Of a DNA stretch of 64,000 nt, positions 15,484 to 23,474 are shown one piece after another. Origin of the DNA: an uncultured virus (IMG/VR IMGVR_UViG_3300030109_004684) (Duplodnaviria; Heunggongvirae; Uroviricota; Caudoviricetes; Crassvirales); IMG/VR virus record IMGVR_UViG_3300030109_004684, one strand, 5' to 3'. Under the pieces are notes generated by a model. That model was not told the origin of the DNA and searched no databases. It saw nothing but the letters and a program-made list of their open reading frames with translations. Position 1 is the first letter of the stretch. The number at the start of each line of letters is the position of its first letter. A program made the translations under genes and the position numbers.

Positions 15484-17350
15484 AGATTTAAATAAAAAAA
15501 TACTTTCGGACTTAACAGTTCACATGAAGTATGCTAAGTATCTTCCTGAGTTAAACAGAAGAGAAACTTGGGAAGAACTAGTAACAAGAAATAAAGAGAT
15601 GCATCAAAAGAGGTATCCACAATTAACAGATCAAATACAATTAGCTTACAAATATGTCTATGAAAAAAAAGTTTTACCATCTATGCGCTCGCTTCAGTTC
15701 AGCGGTAAGCCGATCGAAATTAGCCCAAATAGATTATACAATTGCAGTTACTTACCTATTGATCATGTTGATAGCTTCAGTGAATGCATGTTTCTTCTTC
15801 TCTCTGGTTGTGGAGTGGGTTATTCAGTTCAAAAACACCATATTAACTTACTCCCTTGCATAACAAAACCATTTAAAGGTAGAACAAGAAGGTTTGTTAT
15901 TGGTGATAGTATTGAGGGTTGGTCTGATTCAATTAAAGTTTTAATCAAGTCTTATTTAGGCTCTAAGAGATCATCTAAGATTAAATTTGATTATTCTGAT
16001 ATCAGACCAAAGGGAGCAAGGCTTGTAACCTCAGGCGGTAAAGCACCAGGGCCACAACCGTTAAAAGAATGTTTAGTAAAAATTAAAGGAATATTAGATG
16101 CGAAAGAAGATGGAACAAAGCTTACTACACTTGAAGTACACGATATCGTTTGTCACGTGGCTGACGCAGTACTTGCTGGCGGAATACGTCGTGCAGCCCT
16201 TATATCGTTGTTTTCAGCGTATGATGAAGAAATGATATCTTGTAAGTCAGGTAATTGGTGGGAAACAAACCCACAACGTGGTAGAGCTAACAACTCTGCA
16301 GTATTAATGAGACATAAAATAACAAAGGAATTTTTCTTAGATTTGTGGAAACGTATTGAATTATCCGGAGCTGGTGAACCAGGCATATACTTTAATCACG
16401 ATAAAGATTGGGGTACAAACCCTTGTTGTGAGATTGCACTGCGACCATATCAGTTCTGTAACTTGTGCGAAGTTAATGTAAGTGACGTCACGAACCAGGA
16501 AGACCTTAACGACCGCGTTAAAGCAGCCGCCTTCATTGGTACGCTTCAAGCAGGTTATACGGAGTTCCACTATCTAAGAGAAATATGGCAAGAAACAACA
16601 GAACGAGACGCGCTTATAGGTGTGTCAATGACAGGAATAGGGAGTGCCGCTGTGCTCCCGCTGGATATGAAGGCCGCTGCAAGTACAGTAAAAAGAGAAA
16701 ACACGAGGGTAGCAAAGTTAATAGGAATAAACCAAGCTGCTAGAACAACGTGTATAAAACCCGCAGGGACAACATCTCTTGTACTTGGAACATCGTCTGG
16801 TATACATGCTTGGCACAATGATTATTATATACGTAGACTGCGCGTAGGCAAAAACGAACCTATATATAATTATCTAAAAACACATAATCCAGATTTAATA
16901 GAAGATGAGTATTTTAGACCGCATGACACTGCTGTTATAGAAATACCACAATCAGCACCACAGGGCTCTATATTAAGAACTGAGTCTGCATTTGATTTAC
17001 TTAAACGTGTAAAGAAAGTAGCCACAGAGTGGGTTAAACCAGGTCACAGAAAAGGATCAAACACGCATAATGTATCTGCAACAATAAGTTTAAAGAAAGA
17101 AGACTGGAAAAAAGCTGGTGAATGGATGTGGGAAAATAGAGAGTGTTACAATGGTTTATCTGTATTACCTTACGATGGTGGTACTTACACTCAAGCTCCG
17201 TTTGAAGATATAACAAAAACAGAGTTTAATAAAAGAGTCAAAAGTTTAAATGATATAGATTTATCTAATATTGTAGAAGCTACTGACGAAACAGATTTAT
17301 CTGGCGAATTAGCCTGTGCCGGTGGATCTTGTGAAGTAACAGGCTTATAA
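15476..17350 (+). CDS. nrdJ: Class II (B12-dependent) ribonucleotide reductase
   Basis: LPSMRSLQ, NC, TNPCCEI, FCNL, TCIKPAGTTS and C-terminal CAGGSC; no NrdB partner present. Confidence 0.9.
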   Translation: MTKDLNKKILSDLTVHMKYAKYLPELNRRETWEELVTRNKEMHQKRYPQLTDQIQLAYKYVYEKKVLPSMRSLQFSGKPIEISPNRLYNCSYLPIDHVDSFSECMFLLLSGCGVGYSVQKHHINLLPCITKPFKGRTRRFVIGDSIEGWSDSIKVLIKSYLGSKRSSKIKFDYSDIRPKGARLVTSGGKAPGPQPLKECLVKIKGILDAKEDGTKLTTLEVHDIVCHVADAVLAGGIRRAALISLFSAYDEEMISCKSGNWWETNPQRGRANNSAVLMRHKITKEFFLDLWKRIELSGAGEPGIYFNHDKDWGTNPCCEIALRPYQFCNLCEVNVSDVTNQEDLNDRVKAAAFIGTLQAGYTEFHYLREIWQETTERDALIGVSMTGIGSAAVLPLDMKAAASTVKRENTRVAKLIGINQAARTTCIKPAGTTSLVLGTSSGIHAWHNDYYIRRLRVGKNEPIYNYLKTHNPDLIEDEYFRPHDTAVIEIPQSAPQGSILRTESAFDLLKRVKKVATEWVKPGHRKGSNTHNVSATISLKKEDWKKAGEWMWENRECYNGLSVLPYDGGTYTQAPFEDITKTEFNKRVKSLNDIDLSNIVEATDETDLSGELACAGGSCEVTGL

Positions 17351-17365
17351 TTTAAATTAAATAAA

Positions 17366-17560
17366 ATGAGTTTTAATAAATTAGATTCTTTATTCGATGA
17401 TTTACAAGATGTTGTAAATGATTGTCAAACAGATATTATAAAATTTGTTGAAGGAAATAACTCCGCTGGAACGCGAGTTAGAAAAGCTATGCAGGCTGTA
17501 AAGTCTCTAGCACAAGAAGTCAGGGTCGAAGTTCAAGACCAAAAGAATGCCAAATTCTAA
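17366..17560 (+). CDS. Hc1/histone H1-like small protein
   Basis: FVEGNNSAGTRVRKAMQAVKSLAQEVR matches the Hc1-family GNxxAGTRxRK motif. Confidence 0.75.
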   Translation: MSFNKLDSLFDDLQDVVNDCQTDIIKFVEGNNSAGTRVRKAMQAVKSLAQEVRVEVQDQKNAKF

Positions 17561-17565
17561 ATAAT

Positions 17566-17593
17566 AAAGGGAGCTTTTTAGCTCCCTTTTTTT
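17566..17593. terminator. Bidirectional intrinsic terminator between the converging arms
   Basis: AAAGGGAGC-ttttta-GCTCCCTTTTTTT. Confidence 0.85.
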
Positions 17594-18047
17594 ATATTGT
17601 TTTGTATTTAGTTCTTCCTTTATCTTTGTAAGCTTTTAAACAAACTTTCCTATTTTTATCAAGCGACACGTAACTAACGTGTACCCAATTAGGATTTTTA
17701 TCATCACCAAACTCCCATATCATTTGATCAAAGCTTAAGTTTTCTTTTATCCAATTATACATTTTAGCATTACTCATTTTACCAAATGTATCATCAATAT
17801 CCATAGCTTGACCTTTGCAATGTTGTGATCTAGTACTACCACCTATAGCCGTGTTAAGCTCCGCACTTCTAAAAAAACTATTTATTTTTATTGGCCCACC
17901 AACATAAACCCTTAGTGGTTCAAATACTTTTTCAGCCAACACTTTCATGTTTGCTAATTGTATTTCGTTGGGTTTATTTTCTATTCCTCTTCTTAAAGCT
18001 GTGGCACTATACGTGCCTTCTTTATAACTTATGTGATCACTTATCAT
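17592..18047 (-). CDS. Peptidase M15-family endolysin
   Basis: SFFRSAELNTAIGG...SQHCKGQAMDI...WVHVSY (H-x6-D...H zinc site). Confidence 0.88.
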   Translation of the reverse strand: MISDHISYKEGTYSATALRRGIENKPNEIQLANMKVLAEKVFEPLRVYVGGPIKINSFFRSAELNTAIGGSTRSQHCKGQAMDIDDTFGKMSNAKMYNWIKENLSFDQMIWEFGDDKNPNWVHVSYVSLDKNRKVCLKAYKDKGRTKYKTI

Positions 18048-18049
18048 AA

Positions 18050-19135
18050 TTAAAATATTGTATAGTTCATGCCTATTTTAAAATCATACCACTCACGGTT
18101 CCAGTACTTATTATATTTACCCTCTACAAAATAACCTAGCTGTTTGTTTTCTTTTAATCCAAATATAAAACCAAAAGAATAATCATACCATTGACCATCA
18201 ACATAGTTATGATAACTAAACTCACTACCATCATCATAATGGTAAGGCATTAAATTACCCCAAGCGTGTAGCCAAGTATTTTTGTTATATTTATAATAGT
18301 CAAACCCAACAACAAAAGAGTGTTGTATTGTTTTTTCTAATTCATTTCTTTTCTTTTGTGTATAATCAGCTAGTACTTGTGGTATAACAACTGCTTCCCA
18401 AACTTCTGAGCTAGTAGCTACCAACTCACCAGTAGGACTATAGTAGTTGCTATTAGCAACATCAACATTATAACCTTCTTCTAAAGCTAAATAAGTATAA
18501 TGTATATTACCATTACTTAACATCCACTCATCTAGAGCGTTGTAACCATACGGCTCAGCAAGTCTATGAACAAGTCCTACATTCCAAGATAAATGTTTCC
18601 CATCACGATGCCTATATCTTTCTGATGCTTCAAAATATTTTATATCTGCAAAACCATCTTCAAGGTACTCTACTTTTAAAGCAAAAAAGTTTACACACAG
18701 CTCATCAGGGCAACCTTCGTCAGAGCTAAATCTAACAAAATGATGTTGGTCCATATAGTTAACGCCTTCTTGTCTTTTATAATCTACTTCAAATAAATAC
18801 TCAACTCCTCTAACTTTACCAACAGTTGCCGCATCACTGTAATTAGACTCTGTACCGTCATAAAAAGTCTGTGCTTTATTCTCATATCCGAACCTAGCTA
18901 TCTTACGAAGTCCTATAGTAAAGTTATAATCATATGGAGTTGAAACAGTTTGTGTAGATAAACCATTATCTATTGAAAACACTTTAACATCAGACAAAGA
19001 TGTACCTCCATTTACCGCGGCATAAAACGTAGAAAACTTTAATAACTCTTTAGTATCTATAGTTTGACCACAACAAGGTTTAGGTGTTATGCAAGATGTT
19101 ATTATAAGCAATAGTATTATAAATAATTTTTTCAT
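18050..19135 (-). CDS. Putative outer-membrane beta-barrel protein
   Basis: Likely start 19135 (MKKLFIILLLIITSC); aromatic-rich alternating strands; C-terminal ...KIGMNYTIF beta-signal-like end. Confidence 0.65.
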   Translation of the reverse strand: MKKLFIILLLIITSCITPKPCCGQTIDTKELLKFSTFYAAVNGGTSLSDVKVFSIDNGLSTQTVSTPYDYNFTIGLRKIARFGYENKAQTFYDGTESNYSDAATVGKVRGVEYLFEVDYKRQEGVNYMDQHHFVRFSSDEGCPDELCVNFFALKVEYLEDGFADIKYFEASERYRHRDGKHLSWNVGLVHRLAEPYGYNALDEWMLSNGNIHYTYLALEEGYNVDVANSNYYSPTGELVATSSEVWEAVVIPQVLADYTQKKRNELEKTIQHSFVVGFDYYKYNKNTWLHAWGNLMPYHYDDGSEFSYHNYVDGQWYDYSFGFIFGLKENKQLGYFVEGKYNKYWNREWYDFKIGMNYTIF

Positions 19136-19136
19136 A

Positions 19137-19529
19137 TTATCCTCTAGTAAAAAAAGCATATTCAACTTGTACTGTGTTAGCTGATGTTTGAAGCTGTAGC
19201 TTACCAGCGCCACCCGCATAAAAAGGGAAAAAAGCAAACTCTTCAATTTTTAACTCAAGTATTTGAGTACCATCTGCTGTTTCAACCACCACTTTATCAG
19301 TACCAGAACTTGATCCAGCTGAATTTAAACCTAAGTGTTTTATATAAACATACCTAGGTGAATCTACATTAGGAACTATAATATTATCACCACCTGTAGT
19401 TGTAGCTGTTATTTTTGATATGTTAACTATTGGTGATACCACAGTTAAACTATCGGTTACAGTCATACTAAGAGTATCACTAGATATGTCTGAACTTGCT
19501 AATGTTAATGTTGCATTTAATGTTGCCAT
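19137..19529 (-). CDS. Beta-rich probable structural protein
   Basis: T/S/V-rich 130-aa ORF with no signal peptide. Confidence 0.65.
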   Translation of the reverse strand: MATLNATLTLASSDISSDTLSMTVTDSLTVVSPIVNISKITATTTGGDNIIVPNVDSPRYVYIKHLGLNSAGSSSGTDKVVVETADGTQILELKIEEFAFFPFYAGGAGKLQLQTSANTVQVEYAFFTRG

Positions 19530-19532
19530 AAT

Positions 19533-21248
19533 TTATTTTGTTATTAATTTTCTTTCAACTGTTCCATCGTCATATATAAACAATAAAACTTTATTTATTT
19601 CTATTTTTGTTGGTCTACCTAGTAAATCTGTAACACCTACTAAGTTAGCTATACGTTTAGGTACAGGACCAACCCACGTGCCTTGACAGTAGTCATAAGT
19701 TGCTTGACATATATTATCCCACTCATTTTCACAGCAATAAGCATCTACATCTATTACCCAAGCATAACATGGGTCATTTAACCAATAAGGATTACCAGGA
19801 CCAGTAATACAATTAGCATCATACAAACAAGCGCTAGTATCACTGACGTTCGCCATGATATCGTAGTTCCAAGCGTCCGGGTCCATGCAGCCATTAACAA
19901 TTTGGACACAAGAACCGTTGTCAGCATTAGCATCTGGATTATAATTAAAAGCAGTAGAGTCAGTACAACCATAGTTATATGGTATACAGTTTCCATTATC
20001 TGTGTTAGCATTTGGATCATAATTAAACATTGTTGGGTCTATACAACCGTATATATAAGGTACGCAGCTTCCGTCATCTGTATTTGCATTAGCATTATAA
20101 TTAAAAGCCAAAGGCTGCATACAACCTAATATTACAGGCACACAACCACCATTATCTAAATTAGCTAAACTATCATAATTAAACGCAGCGCTATCAGTAC
20201 AACCCCATACAGCTTGTGTTATACAAGAACCATCATTAAAGTCAGCCACATAACCTTGAGTGTAATATTCTAAGTAACTTGAGTTAGTACAGCCAGGAGA
20301 GTAATAGCAGCTACCATCGTCAGTATTAGCAGTATCACTATAGTTTATAGCTAAACTATCCATGCAGCCAAATATTTTTTCAATACATAAATCACCACAA
20401 TATGTAGGTACTTTATATTTATACATAGGTTGTATAAACGGTGGTAACACTTCTATTATAGTATTACCAAGTGGATTAGTAAGTTTAAATCCGCAGTGCG
20501 GTGTTGTAAGTTGAGCTTGTGATGTAACGTAAAACCTAAACTCAACTGGCATAGGTGATTTTAAATTTATAATAAAGTCTTGAGTATAAGCAGCTGTGTC
20601 TATAAAGAACTGATATACATTTGTATCTTGTGTAACTTCTAAATAAGAACCTACCCAACCATCACCTATTAAATCATAAAGCGTTAATACAAAATCACAA
20701 TTAGGTATTAAAGCCATTGTGTTTGCATTAGGATCGTAGTTATACATTGTTGAATCAATACAACCAAATATTTTTAAAGTTGTGCATGAACCATCATCTG
20801 TGTCAGCTAAAGGATTAAACTCTACATATGCAGGGTCCATACACCCAAGGACGGGAGGACACGCATCAGATACAAAAACATGTATTGAGTCATTGTCAAA
20901 AGCAGGGTCTGTACCATATATTAAGGTATCATTACACTGTATTAAATAATAAGAACCATCTAAACCACCCCACAAAGCACCGTTTAAACCATCTCCGTAA
21001 GTATCATATATTGTAAATATTAAGTTTCCTTCTGGTAAACACCTCTGCTCTACAACAGAAGCGTAATCAGGTTGTGAACCATAGTTAGTACCATAAGTAA
21101 GCATGTTACCATTAGTGTCTTCTATAGTCCAATATGTTTCACTTTGATACTGATCAAGGTTTATAACGATAGTAGTGGGCACACAGTTAGGTGGTCCTTG
21201 TGCTAATGTTATAAACGGTAATAATAGTAATAATAATATTTTTTTCAT
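19533..21248 (-). CDS. Secreted Cys-repeat surface protein with T9SS-like CTD
   Basis: Signal peptide MKKILLLLLLPFITLAQ; nine GC[TMI]x-type repeats (consensus GCxDxxAxNYxxxAxxDDGSC); C-terminus VTDLLGRPT...FIYDDGTVERK. Confidence 0.8.
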   Translation of the reverse strand: MKKILLLLLLPFITLAQGPPNCVPTTIVINLDQYQSETYWTIEDTNGNMLTYGTNYGSQPDYASVVEQRCLPEGNLIFTIYDTYGDGLNGALWGGLDGSYYLIQCNDTLIYGTDPAFDNDSIHVFVSDACPPVLGCMDPAYVEFNPLADTDDGSCTTLKIFGCIDSTMYNYDPNANTMALIPNCDFVLTLYDLIGDGWVGSYLEVTQDTNVYQFFIDTAAYTQDFIINLKSPMPVEFRFYVTSQAQLTTPHCGFKLTNPLGNTIIEVLPPFIQPMYKYKVPTYCGDLCIEKIFGCMDSLAINYSDTANTDDGSCYYSPGCTNSSYLEYYTQGYVADFNDGSCITQAVWGCTDSAAFNYDSLANLDNGGCVPVILGCMQPLAFNYNANANTDDGSCVPYIYGCIDPTMFNYDPNANTDNGNCIPYNYGCTDSTAFNYNPDANADNGSCVQIVNGCMDPDAWNYDIMANVSDTSACLYDANCITGPGNPYWLNDPCYAWVIDVDAYCCENEWDNICQATYDYCQGTWVGPVPKRIANLVGVTDLLGRPTKIEINKVLLFIYDDGTVERKLITK

Positions 21249-21250
21249 AT

Positions 21251-21622
21251 TTATTTTTCTCCGCATTTTTTACTTGGGTTACCAACTTGTCTCCAGTCTT
21301 GTTTAACCCAATCTCTTAAACCATCGCTCTTAGTGCCAGTAACATTACTTTTACTTGAGCGTTTATATTTACCAGCTTTACCTGCAGTTCGTTTAGCTCT
21401 TATAACTTTTTGTTTTTCAGAACTACTCATGCTAGCTATTTTAGCTTTAGGCAAACAAACCTTAGTTGTGCCTCCACCTTTTTGTTTTGCTTTGCTTGGT
21501 GATGATTTACGACAACTACCTTTAGCACCTTTGGCTGTACCAGGTACTCTTTCATATCCTTTCCAACAAGGCAAAGGACTGTTGTCTATAAATTTAGCTT
21601 TAATATCGTAGGCCATTAACAC
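21251..21622 (-). CDS. Small basic Cys-containing protein
   Basis: NSPLPCWKGYERVPG...GSC and LRDWVKQDW...KCG; very Lys-rich. Confidence 0.75.
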   Translation of the reverse strand: MLMAYDIKAKFIDNSPLPCWKGYERVPGTAKGAKGSCRKSSPSKAKQKGGGTTKVCLPKAKIASMSSSEKQKVIRAKRTAGKAGKYKRSSKSNVTGTKSDGLRDWVKQDWRQVGNPSKKCGEK

Positions 21623-21861
21623 TTATGATTTGATGCCCACATATTAGCATAAGCACTTGGGTATACTTTAAATTTCTTTTTAGCCGCCGCTTTTTGACAA
21701 GGCTTTAGTTTACCTTTTACTGGTGATGCAAAAGCTTTTAGTGGTGCGTTTCTCATTGGCATACCTTTAGCTATGTTTTTTAATTGTGTAGCTTGGCCAG
21801 CGTGTGCGTTGCTAGCTTTTTCTAGCTTACCAACTATATTCATTATTTTTTGCTTGCTCAT
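21616..21861 (-). CDS. Small basic protein
   Basis: ASPVKGK...AKKKFKVYPSAYANMWAS..C. Confidence 0.75.
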   Translation of the reverse strand: MSKQKIMNIVGKLEKASNAHAGQATQLKNIAKGMPMRNAPLKAFASPVKGKLKPCQKAAAKKKFKVYPSAYANMWASNHKC

Positions 21862-22385
21862 ATTTTGTCTTTTATATAGTTATACATGTCTTTACCTATT
21901 TGCTCACCAAACAAAGAGTCTGATTTATAGTGAGCTCTAGCAGATCTTCTACTGTAAGATATATCTCTACCCATTTTTTTTAATTTATCTTTTTTGTTTG
22001 GGTATTTATCAGCTAAAACATTAGCTATTAATACACCTTGAACAGAGTGGCCTGATGGATAAGATGGTGTTTTCATAGAAGCCATTTCCATATCTTCCAT
22101 TTTTGTTTTCATTTTTTTAGCCATTACTTTTGGTCTTGGCCTATCATGATGTTTTTTAATTTTCATTATAATAGGCGCGGACTCATTAATTAACTTTTGT
22201 ATTATTTCATCTTTACCAACAATACTTTCAAAAGATTTTTTAATATCATCTTTTTCTTTTATAAACTTTTCTCTTATAGGTAGTTTAGATAATTCTTTTA
22301 CTTCACCTTTTGTCGTTACAGAGTTTTCGCTAGGTGGTTTTTTATCTAAATACTTTTGTATAGGAAAACCCTTTAACATTTCCAT
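21858..22385 (-). CDS. PAP2-superfamily phosphatase/haloperoxidase-like protein
   Basis: All three motifs present: K-x6-RP (KKHHDRPRP), PSGH (YPSGHS) and SR-x5-H-x3-D (SRRSARAHYKSD). Confidence 0.85.
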   Translation of the reverse strand: MEMLKGFPIQKYLDKKPPSENSVTTKGEVKELSKLPIREKFIKEKDDIKKSFESIVGKDEIIQKLINESAPIIMKIKKHHDRPRPKVMAKKMKTKMEDMEMASMKTPSYPSGHSVQGVLIANVLADKYPNKKDKLKKMGRDISYSRRSARAHYKSDSLFGEQIGKDMYNYIKDKI

Positions 22386-22771
22386 CTTCTTCTAGCTGCT
22401 TTACCTCTTTCACCAGTCCAACCTTTTGATCTAGCACAAAACGACTTTCTACGTTTAGCCGCTTTACTACCTGGTTTAACTTTTCCAGTTACAGCAGTTT
22501 TAAGCTTACTTCCGGGGTTTTTACGACGATAATCTTTAACGCCCTTAGAAGTCATCCCAGCACCCTCCTTGACCGTTCTAAAGTTACGTCCCTTACCTTT
22601 CGTTGTTTTTCTAGGTTCGTTGCTTTTATTAAACGGACTTTCTTTAGTTCTGTCTTCAGGTGGCTTGTTTATCATTTTAACAGCGTTGTCGTTCATAAAC
22701 GTTCTACGTCTACCACAACTTGTTACAGGAAAAGGATTATTTTTTTGTACGTATGCCATGTTAAAAGTCAC
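22373..22771 (-). CDS. Small basic protein
   Basis: KESPFNK...NPGSKLKTAVTG...RRKSFCARSKG...ARRRWKC. Confidence 0.75.
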   Translation of the reverse strand: MTFNMAYVQKNNPFPVTSCGRRRTFMNDNAVKMINKPPEDRTKESPFNKSNEPRKTTKGKGRNFRTVKEGAGMTSKGVKDYRRKNPGSKLKTAVTGKVKPGSKAAKRRKSFCARSKGWTGERGKAARRRWKC

Positions 22772-23120
22772 TCATTATTATATTATCTATTTCCTCTTGC
22801 ACTTCTTCTTTAGTTGCTACTAATGTAAAACTAAGATCAGCTTGAAACCTAGCAACTTCTTCTCCATCTTTAAATATTATTATTGTAGGAACGGAAGCTA
22901 TTTTATATTTTGTTTGTGCTTTTTTATCACTACCAACATCTGTGTAACCTATAGTTTTACAGTCTTTCAAGCTCATTACCCACGGCACATCATTAGACTT
23001 GTTCCAACCAGCATTAAACTGTATTACTTTTATTTGGCTAAAACAAACACTACACAATAGCATGAAGACAATTATCAACATGTACATAGCTCGTGTTTGC
23101 CAGTTAATATTATCTATCAT
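22761..23120 (-). CDS. Exported thioredoxin-fold protein lacking CxxC
   Basis: Hydrophobic N-terminus; VIQFNAGWN in place of DFxAxWC; YKIASVPTIIIFKDGEEVARF cis-Pro region. Confidence 0.75.
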   Translation of the reverse strand: MIDNINWQTRAMYMLIIVFMLLCSVCFSQIKVIQFNAGWNKSNDVPWVMSLKDCKTIGYTDVGSDKKAQTKYKIASVPTIIIFKDGEEVARFQADLSFTLVATKEEVQEEIDNIIMSDF

Positions 23121-23421
23121 AAAGCTTGTCTTCTATTTTTTCTAGTGTTTCTTTTATTTCAGTAACATCTTCTTGTGTAGTCATAATAGTATTACGTATC
23201 ATTTGATCCTTCATATCAAACTCCATACGTGTAACTTCTGCGTCAGGTAGTTTTTCTTCCCACTCAGGATTCCACTTGTTAGCAGGTAACTCTTTTGCTT
23301 CTGATATATCAGCTTGCAAAGTAAACCACATACCACACAAAGTTGCTATTAATGCAGCAATACCACCTAGTGTTTTTAAGCTTAGCTTAAACGCTGTATC
23401 TTCATTTAATTCTTTTGCCAT
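23110..23421 (-). CDS. Single-TM coiled-coil protein
   Basis: TLGGIAALIATLCGMWFTL followed by a coiled coil. Confidence 0.7.
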   Translation of the reverse strand: MAKELNEDTAFKLSLKTLGGIAALIATLCGMWFTLQADISEAKELPANKWNPEWEEKLPDAEVTRMEFDMKDQMIRNTIMTTQEDVTEIKETLEKIEDKLYDR

Positions 23422-23446
23422 TTTATTCGCTTTATTGTATTATTTA

Positions 23447-23473
23447 AATATCACTTGTTTTTTAAATTATTTA
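23447..23473 (-). promoter_or_regulatory. Class II promoter motif
   Basis: TAAATA-atttaaaaaacaa-GTGATATT heads the envelope/lysis cassette. Confidence 0.7.
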
Positions 23474-23474
23474 C

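Noticed and set aside
22764..22790. Additional class II promoter (TAGATA-N12-GTGACTTT)
   Set aside because: Mismatched upstream box and 12-nt spacing; too weak to call.
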